DNA from: a virus
Taxonomy: Duplodnaviria; Caudoviricetes
Virus record (IMG/VR): IMGVR_UViG_3300017747_003196
Coordinates: 1-39,268 of that record
Direction: 5' to 3' (one strand)
Length of the DNA stretch: 39,268 bases
Part shown: positions 10,401-18,219 of the stretch, piece by piece
How the letters are laid out: every line of letters begins with the position of its first letter
Position numbering within the stretch: the stretch's first letter is position 1
Notes under the pieces: generated by a model
Told to the model about the DNA's origin: nothing
Seen by the model: the letters and a program-made list of their open reading frames with translations, nothing else
Database searches by the model: none
Position numbers and translations under genes: made by a program

Positions 10401-13242
10401 CTTTGCGGAAAAAGTTAAGACGTTTATACGGGACATGGTTGGCGCTGTGCGTGGATGGTTCCGCAACAGCGGTCTGTCTGATCTGGCCAAGCAAGACACC
10501 AAGCAGATACAGGCCCTGATCAGCAGAGCGGAGCGCGAGCTCAAGAACAGCCGCCCCGGGGTCTACATCTCCCCTGATGGCAATGCAGTCTTCCGTGACG
10601 GCGCTTCGTCTGACCTTGACTGGATGAGCGACACATCGAAAGAAGTTTTGCAACGCGTCGTGGCACAGGAAAAATCGGCCATTGATACCGTCAAGGGTAA
10701 CGTGCTGGGCCTGACTGGCGTGACGCAGTTTATTGACAGGACTGCCCCGTTCTTGGCAGCGCTGCAAAAGGGTGTGGCTACCAAGAAAATCTCGGAACTG
10801 GAAGCGAGCCAAGCGCGCTACTACCTTGTAGCACACGACAAACGGATGAACTTTACCCGCAACGTGGCTGCAAACGGCCCGCTGGAACTGAAGAAGTTTA
10901 CCGAAGGTGCTGCCAACTACTGGATGGTGCAAAACAAAGAAGGCAAAGACAACCCCACCCTGCTAAAAATGTTCAAAGCGCTGGGCGAGTCGGGCATGAA
11001 TGCCGACGAAGCAGGTAGGGTGTTTACCCTGTGGCTGGCTGCGCAACGCGTCAAGAACGAAGGTATCGGCGTTGAAGCGCTCAACTACGGTAAAGACAAG
11101 GACGGGCAGCCCCTGTTGACGGCTGAAAAGCTGCGCGGTGTGGAGAAGGATGTGGCGTCGCAGCCCAAGATTGCTGCGGCTTTTGAGAAAGCGCGTAAGG
11201 AGTACAACGCCTACAACGCCGGTTTGATTGACTTCGCTGTGCAGGCTGGACGTATTAGCCCAGAAGTTGCGGCAGACCTGAAACGCAAGAAGGACTACAT
11301 CCCGTTCTACCGGCAGATGGGCGGAGAGGTCAAACTGTTTATTGGTTCCGAAGGCGCGCCGATTACGATCGGCAACTTGAAAGACCAACCGTATCTGAAC
11401 GAACTGGTGGGTGGTGATAAGCCCATCCAAGACGTGTTTACCAGTTCTATCCAAAACACGCACATGCTGACGGACATGGCCCTGCGCAATATCACGACCA
11501 AGAACGTGGTGTATACCCTGCGCAAGCTGGGCATGCTAGAAGCTGGGCGCGGGGGTATGGTTGTTCGCCCCAAAGCAGGACCGGCGTCTCCCCTGACCAT
11601 TCGCTTCATGGAGAACGGCGTAGAGAAACACGCTATTGTAAAAACCGAAGGCACCATCTTCGAAGACATCCCGGCCGAGCTTCTCGTCAAAGGTCTGGAG
11701 GGTGTCAAAACAACGTTCCCGGCAGCGCTGCAGTTGTTGGGTGCGCCGGCTAAACTGCTTCGCCGCTTTGTGGTGCTGAACCCGCTGTATCCGGTTCGGC
11801 AAATTATGCGCGACTCGTTGTCTGCATACGGCACGTCCGGTGCGGATTTTAATCCGATATTTGATCCGGTGCGCAACGTAGTCAAGGCAATGATCAAGAA
11901 GAGCCCGTCGGCCAAAGAACTGGAAGAGCGCGGGCTGCTGGGTGGGCAGTTGCTTGCCGGCGAAGGACTGGAGGGCATGTCCACAATTCTTCGGGGCGTT
12001 ACCGGTGGCAAAGGTAACTTGTCTACCGCACTGGCGTGGCTGGAGTCCAAGAGCATGTACGCCGACGTGGGCACCCGGGTGTCTGCGTATGACAGCTACA
12101 AACGCATGGGTTTTAATGACCTTGATGCGTTCTTGGCGACCAACGACATCATCGACTTTAACCGGCGCGGTATGTCACCTTCCGTGTACTTTGCCAACAC
12201 GCTGATACCGTTCTTCAACACGCAGCTTCAGAGCTTGAACGTGACCTACCGTGCGGCGCGTGGGCGCATGCCTTATGAAGAACGGCTTGATATCAAAAAC
12301 AAGTTTGTTCGCCGGGGTATTGGTATGGCCGTTATGACGATGCTCTATGCGGCGCTGATGGAAGATGACGAAGCCTATAAGAACGCTACGCCAGAACAAC
12401 GTTTGGCAAACTGGTTTGTGCGCGTGCCCGGACTTGATGAACCGGTTAGGATTCCGATTCCGTTCGAATACGGGTTGCTGTTCAAAGCAATTCCTGAAGC
12501 GGTTGTGAATGTTGCTTTTGGTACCGATGAAGGTGCCCCTATCGCCAAAGGATTGGCGACACTTGCATGGCAGTCGGTGCCCAACTTAACCCCGCAGGTA
12601 GGCAAGCCGTTTATTGAACTGGCTACTGGCAAAGACTTGTTTACCGGCGCGGATGTGGAAACTGCGCGCATGCAGCGCCTTGATCCTACGGAGCGTTTCA
12701 AAGACGACACGACCGAGTTGGCCAAAGTGCTCAGTTCCGTGGGACAGGGGGTGCTGTCTCCGGTGCAAATTGACCAGTTTGTGCGGGGTGTGGGTACGCA
12801 ACTTGCGGTGGCTGTCATGTCAGCTGCGAACCCCATACTGCGCGATCCAAACACTCCGCCGTCGCCTGAAATGAAAGCGTCAAAGCTCCCCGTAGTTGGT
12901 AGTTTGATGCAGCCTAACGACGGTAACCGCGTCATTGATTATGTCTATGAGCAAATGGGGAAAGCGGAGCAGGCGCGGAATACATACAACAAACTAATGG
13001 AAGAAGGCCGGGATGCCGAAGCCGAGCGTTATATCAATCGGGAAGCTGGGCGCATCGCCCTGTCCGACAGCGTAGCGGACTTCCGCAAGGAAATGAAAGA
13101 CATCCGTGATGCCGAGGAAGCTATCAAACGCGACCCCGATATGACGTCAGAACAAAAACGGGACGAGTTGACGGAACTGCGCAAACTAAAGCTTCAAATT
13201 GCCGCCGACTACCGGGACATCATCCGCCAGTCTTCCGAGTAA
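4441..13242 (+). CDS. Large polyvalent virion protein: long coiled coil, zincin-like HExxxH domain, C-terminal LPD38-like domain
   Basis: 2933 aa with RBS GGAGG. TIAHELIGHYG near 9700. C-terminal 'DFNRRG..IPFFN..NWFV..RIPIPFEYGLLFKAIPE..KPFIELATGKDLFTG..SPVQID' resembles LPD38. Confidence 0.75.
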   Translation: MPIYEITAPNGRTYEIEGPSGASKEDAVRALLAKFPEAGKKPPEPTMGGYVQESLKAIPRGFVGGLESAALGAAALLPGDTETGFERTAREGIKGLAERFKPSVAAGYEEAIPVKLAEAVGSMGTLLIPGGAAGLAAKGLGAAQGAQRVAQLAATTPVAGAMGAGEARERAVAAGATPEQIQTATTAGVVPGLAEMLPVERIFRKMPDELKGGILERVKRALVTGGFEGAQEAASAIAQNLIAKGVYKPSQELIEGVGEQAAYGVGAGAIVQFLVDAVAGRRAPPKGAAERAQRLEEERTAAEKQAVVDAFNALPGEVTADKVAAADQKIEAIKADLKTLGKQQRGGSPEANALRQEIRKLQQIKKLGEYGGTQTDLFGEVGGGFTPLTARPEATTEQDKQQFLMNYRRALNDLEQISAQKAQAEEMNNQAAISYFGRLEQQRKAALDAFEEQGKKLGVSEDELSVASRGVVGQLQSLRNRQKTLNSKGNYDEAAALQPRIETLEQQLAETTGTPLEREAGQRAERQAGLFAEEMEAKPYPSVAPKVAQPEVPPEVAAKLEQLQGQRAQLVDQKKTTSGARAKYIQNQIDALDQDINALQQQGIASGEYASGAVFGEQALEQLTEAQEARLQQARDVFNTQRQQRAEEAGLEQAGARAEVLAKEAPLEAILIGKGIKLRETDVRRKYLERVQANIDSGKITTQVASLLGLPSGGIDLSQPEQAQRALPTIEARLRELMSTRNNEFPNMELVKDGALTKAGTQLVGVEATIGELRRLQSVARQYAQELSPAEAGLTGVFETVAGKETKQESEEAIRKRASDINKFAEQRKTQMFNWGNEIDSLRKGDDKNDVSRKAAELRAKQVALLARMEAVKRVQQMGAEMPVEAQQQLEEEIGAWLGRITNNAKPGEPAGAFKTALKEAGVGKEGAIERGMTIADTKEGELARLQQGVDRMINNAVEKFKPTKPKKKVGPFGLTQQSAAVLSQRYDEQQAAAEPEAAPEPDLSGKQREMFPGSITEVTKKKQAVAKRAATIAAKKTQRQEETKALMQKAAALAAEKQAEKAEKQKAATRRATVKGFWEKLRSYKKDTAERNLKERAISLRTFQDKLKAEIAEVEAEQKTERQADIRLSSLASLGKITHVKFGASTEQHLKVLRTQLAAVTDKLAQTERRVAQLVQRDTQAAEAKAQKKAKTTTFVPAGQVVTPEDTRPLAKKITSEEQAARDALANIRERVETQERFVAETEDAIDTELKRIDDILAEDFADTIKGRGYARQDLELLADMEFAAGLSDADVAKLKTEARGNVRFANAYRKLVARESYRQKLRKESAILQQAKADLKPFRNQLKALQKQEASLAQEQRVKALRARVLKFLDTLAASMSRTEEAGAAETRRVKDVLADIAQGKIKGSEGLRGVPKKTLTLKEEKEVADLEDQLRKIDPKKRAAAKLRMRIKEIKRTIGVVYQQKMLEGPMDLSEIEAAQTDIETGTTAKERAKEAAQEEILLKLRRQRAALAAKVTKATEDRKLGTNENIKARTADVAKATEALESSKKAAAEVASLGDTASGKAWAEAAKVRQREADLLSAKKALERAKEVRALLGRGAETLAKMTKTLSDAGLVITSNAKKTAVAQTRAVRDTLSAEGRAGKRTLQPLRTGITEETAIFPPEQETDFRDATDADTGVDAGEAKTVADRVQKALPEGIKFVYAPTLVDAPAAFRKALERSGRTAAKGAVMPDGTVIVIGEAHKSTADLQETIAHELIGHYGADMVLGKDGVQALTDKLFGRGLDHVAEVAVGLGVYPDVASARIALGASKPQVNMTRRRLLQAAGAAIAKPVMPLDVSKAFEITDPKAALDDLYDAWRKADKWVKKIVKMLPSSLQEEAKDVLHTTLYRIGGENFYEAWTNQGEDWVTASLIEEAVEKEGVKTLTANIKRAYDVAAADIAALVKPQASKQETKETAATQDFSDAFKTTFVRELIARAAEGRRVAPTFAEKVKTFIRDMVGAVRGWFRNSGLSDLAKQDTKQIQALISRAERELKNSRPGVYISPDGNAVFRDGASSDLDWMSDTSKEVLQRVVAQEKSAIDTVKGNVLGLTGVTQFIDRTAPFLAALQKGVATKKISELEASQARYYLVAHDKRMNFTRNVAANGPLELKKFTEGAANYWMVQNKEGKDNPTLLKMFKALGESGMNADEAGRVFTLWLAAQRVKNEGIGVEALNYGKDKDGQPLLTAEKLRGVEKDVASQPKIAAAFEKARKEYNAYNAGLIDFAVQAGRISPEVAADLKRKKDYIPFYRQMGGEVKLFIGSEGAPITIGNLKDQPYLNELVGGDKPIQDVFTSSIQNTHMLTDMALRNITTKNVVYTLRKLGMLEAGRGGMVVRPKAGPASPLTIRFMENGVEKHAIVKTEGTIFEDIPAELLVKGLEGVKTTFPAALQLLGAPAKLLRRFVVLNPLYPVRQIMRDSLSAYGTSGADFNPIFDPVRNVVKAMIKKSPSAKELEERGLLGGQLLAGEGLEGMSTILRGVTGGKGNLSTALAWLESKSMYADVGTRVSAYDSYKRMGFNDLDAFLATNDIIDFNRRGMSPSVYFANTLIPFFNTQLQSLNVTYRAARGRMPYEERLDIKNKFVRRGIGMAVMTMLYAALMEDDEAYKNATPEQRLANWFVRVPGLDEPVRIPIPFEYGLLFKAIPEAVVNVAFGTDEGAPIAKGLATLAWQSVPNLTPQVGKPFIELATGKDLFTGADVETARMQRLDPTERFKDDTTELAKVLSSVGQGVLSPVQIDQFVRGVGTQLAVAVMSAANPILRDPNTPPSPEMKASKLPVVGSLMQPNDGNRVIDYVYEQMGKAEQARNTYNKLMEEGRDAEAERYINREAGRIALSDSVADFRKEMKDIRDAEEAIKRDPDMTSEQKRDELTELRKLKLQIAADYRDIIRQSSE

Positions 13243-13423
13243 ACAGGACGCCGTGCTTCCCATCCCTGATACCAAACGCAGCAACCGCTTTGACTCGGCA
13301 GTGCAGGGCCGCCAATAACCCTGCCTGCCTTGTCTTGTGGGGGGCCAACGTCGGCACGAAGAAGCTACAGCCCGGTGGGGTCTGCGCCCACGGGTAGTGG
13401 ACTTTCAGGTGCTTTTTCATCAA
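13220..13423 (-). CDS. Small hypothetical phage protein (YPW..GxSFFVP motif)
   Basis: 67 aa overlapping the end of the primase-helicase. The motif resembles small proteins that end phage replication operons. Overlaps the 3' end of the giant gene convergently. Confidence 0.55.
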   Translation of the reverse strand: MMKKHLKVHYPWAQTPPGCSFFVPTLAPHKTRQAGLLAALHCRVKAVAAFGIRDGKHGVLFTRKTGG

Positions 13424-16304
13424 TGTTCAGCTCAAGCAGTTCTGACTCTGGACGGCTGATCTTGATGGCGTTGACGCGCATCTGTGGGCCCTTGGTCTTG
13501 GCCAGCATGTCCTTCTTGGTGTAGTCCACACGATAGCTTTTCTCCAACTCCTTGCGCATGTCCGCGTAACCATACGACATACTGGAACAGAAACTCTTGA
13601 GCAGTGCTTCTTCTATGAAGAAGTTTACATATCCCGGGGTAACCCCCCGCTCCACGCGCCCATAAATTTCCGTGCGGGTGATGGACTCATCGATCACCCG
13701 GCTATCCCCAATCGACGCATACAGTGTCTTTGACGCTTCATCTACGCGCACGTTGACGAACCGGCCGTAGTATTCACGGATGTAGGCGTTAAGCACATCT
13801 TCAGCGCTGCGGGCGCTGGTGCGCAGCACGCTGCGTGCGTCATCTACGAGCTTCTTAAAAAACGTAATCAGGGGTTGGATGGGTAGCGTGCAGATGTTGG
13901 CGTATTTGGGACCTGCCAGAATGCACCCCGCGATACACGCCGCCACGCCTGCATGCCAGTAGCGTTCGTCGTTGCTCATGTTGAAGTCATCGCGGATTTT
14001 GGTATACACCTGCTGGTAGACGGCCATTGCAGTCGCGCGGTTGAGCGACAGCCAGCGCGCATATACGTTGCCGGCCACGCCGTGGTTGAAGCGTAGGGAC
14101 TTGATGATCTCGACTTCGTGAAGGTCCCACGTCAGCTTATCGTTGACAATCCACTCCAGCATGCGGCGCAGCTCGCCCTCGCTGCTGTGCTTACGCCCGC
14201 CGGTCATGTAGTCCACTACGTGGGTGTTGGACGATACGACGATCAGAAGTGACCAGACCGAGGTGTTGATGCGCTCCTTGTTCGCGCCGCTCTCCATCCG
14301 CTCCTTGCCGCGCCCTTCAGCCATGTCAAAAACAAACTCTGGAAACCACTCAAAGTCCCGCCTGTTCTTGCTGGTTATCTCGTCCGAAATCAAGGGCAAG
14401 TTCTTGAGCAACCCTGCGCGTTGCTGCAGCGCAACAGGCGACGTAGATTTGTTGACGCGGTAGTCACGTGGGTGCCCCCAGATCGATGATGACAAGCTAA
14501 GCGCTAGCGTCTTGCCCGTGCCGGACTGCGTGGAGCCGGCGTGGAATGTCAGCCCGTCCAGCCCTGAGAACTCCATCAGCGGCGACCCGAACCCCGTCCC
14601 GCATCCGATACTCAGCACGTCCCACATTTTGCGGCTTACCAGCATATCGACATATTTGCGCCACGCTTCCAGCGTGCCCTTACTCTGGCACCCATATGTC
14701 ACGTTCTCCAACCCCGGCATGGGTATCTGGCGCACGGTGTTGTCCACCATGAATATTTTGCCGCCGGCAACAAAGCCGCCGTCAGCCTGCCAACCGTAGC
14801 TAGTCGGTACCGGTATGGCTTGCCTGTTTGTGGAAGTATCTTCTACACAACCACGGACGTAGTCGAATAGGTTCTTGTCGTTACCCGCCCCGTAAGAGGC
14901 GATGATGTTCTGCGAAGCCAGCGCCCGGACCGTTTCGTCCTTGCTGACCACGGCCTTCTGCGGCAGCGTAATATTGACTGTGCCTTCAGGGCGCATTGCC
15001 AGCATGTAAACCACGTGCTCCCCCGCCACGTTAAGCAGGTCTACGGCAAACAAGTCGTACGGAAGCACCAGCACCTGCTTCTTGATGACGTTCTTTTCTT
15101 CATCCTGCGTTTCCACTTCGCGGTAGACACCCCCGTTCTTGCCGTAAGAGAAGCCGCGCGGTGGGGTTGGGCGGGTTACTACGACCGACGTAGGCGTGGC
15201 AAGGTTGGGCTCCGCTGCCGGCTCTAACACGATTTCCTTTGCGGCGTTGTCAGTGGCCAGCTCCCTGCCCAGAAACAGCGGGTTGGTGATCTTGCCCCAA
15301 TGCTGGCATCCCGTGCATACCCCCGGGTTCTCGCTGTTGAATTTGGTGCAGGGGTAGGGCCCCTTGATCTCACGCCACTTCTGGGCAGTTCTGTTTTCGT
15401 CGTAGGGGTGCATCGCGGACAACCTGCGCGCCGCTTTCTCCCCGTCACTGCAAGACTTGGCCAGCGACAGCAACCCCCGCCACAACGGCTCCATACCGTC
15501 GTCGGAAGCGTTCTCAATGTAGTGCGCAAGTTGCGCGCATCCGCTACCATTGACTGTTCTGTTAAGTATATTTTTGAAAACTGTTACGCTGTTCTCCACC
15601 AGCTTGATCTGTGTGGCGTTCTCACGGCTACGCTTGGGTCGTTGCCCGGGTATCAGAGATAGCGGCTCCGCTGCCGCCGCAGGTGCTGCGCCCGTACCTA
15701 CTGCTTTGATAAATGCGCCGAAGTCAAAGTGTGCGCCTGTGGACAGAATCTTGACCTTGCGGGGATTGGTCTTGTTCTTCCAGTTGCTGGTGCCCGGCAC
15801 CCGCAAAACCCTAGCAGCGTCAGCAGTAACGGTGTAGTCAATAGACAGTGCGTGTTTCTTACAAAGCAGCTTGAGCGCTTCGGCCGCGTTGCGCCACTCT
15901 TTGATGGGCACGTTGTCCGTGAACGGCCAATATACGTGTAGCCCGCCACCGGAAGATACTACCCATGGATTGCCAAGGATACCCAGCTCTGTCTTTTGCA
16001 GAAACTCGTCCAGCGCAGTAGCGGCAGCTTGCTTTGATGGGTAAGCTTTGCCTTCACCACAATCGATATCCATGAAGCAAGAGCGCATGTAGAGTGCGTT
16101 ACTGATAGTGCGACTGCCGCTCTCGACAAAGCTGCCCAGCGCAAAATAGGTATCAAAGTTTTTGGCGTTGAATTCATCCAACGCGGGCGCGAACTCTTTT
16201 ACGTCTTGTACGAAAACGTGTTGTTTCTTCTTGGTGCTTAGTTCCGCTATGCACAAATAACCGGCGGACGGAACCACAGCCGCTATAAAATCAAGCGGTG
16301 TCAT
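13365..16304 (-). CDS. Primase-helicase: N-terminal AEP/RepB-type primase, Cys cluster, DUF927-like region and P-loop helicase
   Basis: Motifs MDID, SSGGGLHVYW, RVLRVPG, CTKF..CTGC, Walker A GTGKT and Walker B ISDE. RBS GAGGAG. Confidence 0.85.
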   Translation of the reverse strand: MTPLDFIAAVVPSAGYLCIAELSTKKKQHVFVQDVKEFAPALDEFNAKNFDTYFALGSFVESGSRTISNALYMRSCFMDIDCGEGKAYPSKQAAATALDEFLQKTELGILGNPWVVSSGGGLHVYWPFTDNVPIKEWRNAAEALKLLCKKHALSIDYTVTADAARVLRVPGTSNWKNKTNPRKVKILSTGAHFDFGAFIKAVGTGAAPAAAAEPLSLIPGQRPKRSRENATQIKLVENSVTVFKNILNRTVNGSGCAQLAHYIENASDDGMEPLWRGLLSLAKSCSDGEKAARRLSAMHPYDENRTAQKWREIKGPYPCTKFNSENPGVCTGCQHWGKITNPLFLGRELATDNAAKEIVLEPAAEPNLATPTSVVVTRPTPPRGFSYGKNGGVYREVETQDEEKNVIKKQVLVLPYDLFAVDLLNVAGEHVVYMLAMRPEGTVNITLPQKAVVSKDETVRALASQNIIASYGAGNDKNLFDYVRGCVEDTSTNRQAIPVPTSYGWQADGGFVAGGKIFMVDNTVRQIPMPGLENVTYGCQSKGTLEAWRKYVDMLVSRKMWDVLSIGCGTGFGSPLMEFSGLDGLTFHAGSTQSGTGKTLALSLSSSIWGHPRDYRVNKSTSPVALQQRAGLLKNLPLISDEITSKNRRDFEWFPEFVFDMAEGRGKERMESGANKERINTSVWSLLIVVSSNTHVVDYMTGGRKHSSEGELRRMLEWIVNDKLTWDLHEVEIIKSLRFNHGVAGNVYARWLSLNRATAMAVYQQVYTKIRDDFNMSNDERYWHAGVAACIAGCILAGPKYANICTLPIQPLITFFKKLVDDARSVLRTSARSAEDVLNAYIREYYGRFVNVRVDEASKTLYASIGDSRVIDESITRTEIYGRVERGVTPGYVNFFIEEALLKSFCSSMSYGYADMRKELEKSYRVDYTKKDMLAKTKGPQMRVNAIKISRPESELLELNIDEKAPESPLPVGADPTGL

Positions 16305-16333
16305 GAACCTCTCCTCTGGTTATCTGCGTTGTT

Positions 16334-16612
16334 TCAGTTTTTTATGTTGAATCGAGAGCACGCTTTTCTCCAAGCTTGTTCAGCAGTCTGTGCGCCTTTG
16401 AGAATTTCAATAACGTCAGCAACGCGGCTGCGGTAATACGGCGCAACCGGGCTTCCAACAAACCAGTTGTAGACAGTCTGGCGCGTAGCGCCGGTAGCCT
16501 TGGCAACTCGAATTACGGAAATTTTCAAACGTGCTGTTTCTTTGCGCAGTTCTTCACACAAAGTTAGCGGGTCAAGCGTGTAAGTCTCAACGGTTTCTTC
16601 TGTATTTGTCAT
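16334..16612 (-). CDS. Cro-like helix-turn-helix protein
   Basis: HTH signature 'SVIRVAKATGATRQTVYNWFVG'. Confidence 0.75.
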   Translation of the reverse strand: MTNTEETVETYTLDPLTLCEELRKETARLKISVIRVAKATGATRQTVYNWFVGSPVAPYYRSRVADVIEILKGAQTAEQAWRKACSRFNIKN

Positions 16613-16622
16613 GGTTAAGGGC

Positions 16623-16638
16623 GGGGGCCGAAGCCCCC
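16623..16638 (-). other. GGGGGC-UUCG-GCCCCC hairpin between the SSB and HTH genes (terminator/attenuator or stabiliser)
   Basis: 6-bp GC stem with a cUUCGg tetraloop on the coding strand. No clear U tract. Confidence 0.55.
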
Positions 16639-16645
16639 TGTTTCA

Positions 16646-17596
16646 TTAGTCGTCGGTATCCCATTCCTGCACGAGCGCAGCAACCGCTTTTGACTTCGGT
16701 GCCGGCGTCTCGGCGGCCTTGCGCACAGTGGGTTCGTCTACTTCTTCATCCTTAACCTCGGCCTTGGCTTTAGCTTTCTTGGCTGCTTTGGGCTGTGGGG
16801 CCGGTTCTTCGTCATCATCCATCGCCGGAGTCGGCGCGGGCAGCGCAGCAGCTTTGGATTTCGCCGCAGTGGACGGCTGATACTGCGTAGGTGCAACAGC
16901 CTTCTTGGAAGCGTCCGACTCCGACTGCGCGGACACGCCTTCGAACTCCTCGTCCGTCAGCCAACGCATGGCTTTGAAGAACAGCTTCGGCGATTCTGCC
17001 TTGGTATCGAAACGCATACGGGTGATGACTTCGTTGGGCTCGATATTCTGAGCGCTCAACCAGCGCGCATACGCTTGCAGCGGGAAGTTACCGTTCTCCT
17101 CCTTACCGAACAGCGATTTTGCAGGAATGACTACCTGCATGATGTCACCATCCATATCGTTCGCAAGGGTTACAGCAATGCGCTGCGAGAAGCGGCAAGC
17201 ACGGGTGTCACCTTCGCCGCTACCTTTGACATTCTGCGGGCAGTTGGCGCACGTGGCGGACTGCGGGGACGGTACGTTGCTGTCTGGAGCCTCACCATTC
17301 TCTGACCAGCAGGACGGCCCTGCATTCTCGTTCTCGCTGTATTTCGCAGCATAGAAGCTACGCTGCACAGTGGGTGCTGCATTGACAATTACAACGTCAA
17401 GATAACGATCATCGATCTGCGCGATTTCTTTGCCGTCAGCAATAAGACGGAACACACCTCCTTTGATTGAGATGCGACGCGGGAATCCACCGCCACCACC
17501 GCCCGCGAGAGCTTTGGTAAGCATGCCCTTGCCTTCGCGTTTGCGCGCGAACGCCGGGAGTTGAGTGGGGTTAAAAGTGGCTACTTCGTTGGCCAT
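16646..17596 (-). CDS. Probable single-stranded DNA-binding protein
   Basis: RISIKGG, CWS..G..PD and CxxCPQN..GS..ACR motifs, Pro/Ala/Lys linker and acidic C-terminus (EWDTDD). Lies in the replication module. Confidence 0.7.
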   Translation of the reverse strand: MANEVATFNPTQLPAFARKREGKGMLTKALAGGGGGGFPRRISIKGGVFRLIADGKEIAQIDDRYLDVVIVNAAPTVQRSFYAAKYSENENAGPSCWSENGEAPDSNVPSPQSATCANCPQNVKGSGEGDTRACRFSQRIAVTLANDMDGDIMQVVIPAKSLFGKEENGNFPLQAYARWLSAQNIEPNEVITRMRFDTKAESPKLFFKAMRWLTDEEFEGVSAQSESDASKKAVAPTQYQPSTAAKSKAAALPAPTPAMDDDEEPAPQPKAAKKAKAKAEVKDEEVDEPTVRKAAETPAPKSKAVAALVQEWDTDD

Positions 17597-17605
17597 AGTG
17601 TCCTC

Positions 17606-18013
17606 TTAGTTGGTAGGTTTACGAACAGTTACTTCATACTTCGAATCAGAGTTGAGCCCGGGCGGCAGCAAGTCCGGGTTGTCCTCCAAAAACTTGGCCA
17701 TGTTCTTCTGCGCAATGCGCCGCTCAAGAAGATCAACAGCGTCGTTTTGTACAACAAACTTGTGGAACGATTCCCAGTCATGCGTCTCGTAGCGGGTTTT
17801 GATGCTCATGATCACAGTGCCGTAATCAGTGCGAACTGACTTGACGCCAAGTGCTTTCATGTTGTCCCGCATAGCGCTGGCGACTTCGTCGCGTTTGGTC
17901 TGAAGGTCTGCGAGTGCGGCTTCGTATTCTTTGGTCAACGCTTGCATCTTGCCGCGAATTTTCAAGTAAACCTTAGCAAGCGTGTCCATAGGTATAACAT
18001 CATTTTCTGACAC
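17606..18013 (-). CDS. Conserved phage coiled-coil protein preceding SSB
   Basis: GTG start at 18013 with RBS GAAGGAG. Motifs 'YLKIR', 'DWESF..FV', 'LLERRI' and 'PPGL'. Confidence 0.7.
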   Translation of the reverse strand: MSENDVIPMDTLAKVYLKIRGKMQALTKEYEAALADLQTKRDEVASAMRDNMKALGVKSVRTDYGTVIMSIKTRYETHDWESFHKFVVQNDAVDLLERRIAQKNMAKFLEDNPDLLPPGLNSDSKYEVTVRKPTN

Positions 18014-18190
18014 GTCGATCTCCTTCGTTGTATGTTTAGTAGGCCGGTCTTTCCCGGCTGTCAGCATGCACCCCATTGGGAGAATCATCGAAGACGATTT
18101 TGGTCACATGCAGGCGCGGTTGTTTGCAGTATGCGTAACCTGCAGCGGGGCACACTCACGCCTTATGCCTCCGTTTTCTACACGTAAAAC

Positions 18191-18219
18191 ATTTTACACA
18201 TGGATTTTTGCATCCGCAA
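18191..18219 (-). promoter_or_regulatory. Putative sigma70 promoter for the SSB/HTH/primase operon
   Basis: Minus strand TTGCGG-17 bp-TAAAAT at the helicase stop, leaving a leader of about 170 nt. Confidence 0.5.

Noticed and set aside
4261-12935. Many long minus-strand ORFs opposite the giant gene
   Set aside because: Antisense shadows of a GC-rich CDS, with no motifs.
18030-18190. tRNA gene in the structured intergenic regions (also 34100-34417)
   Set aside because: No T-loop GTTCRA, D-loop or acceptor-stem geometry found.
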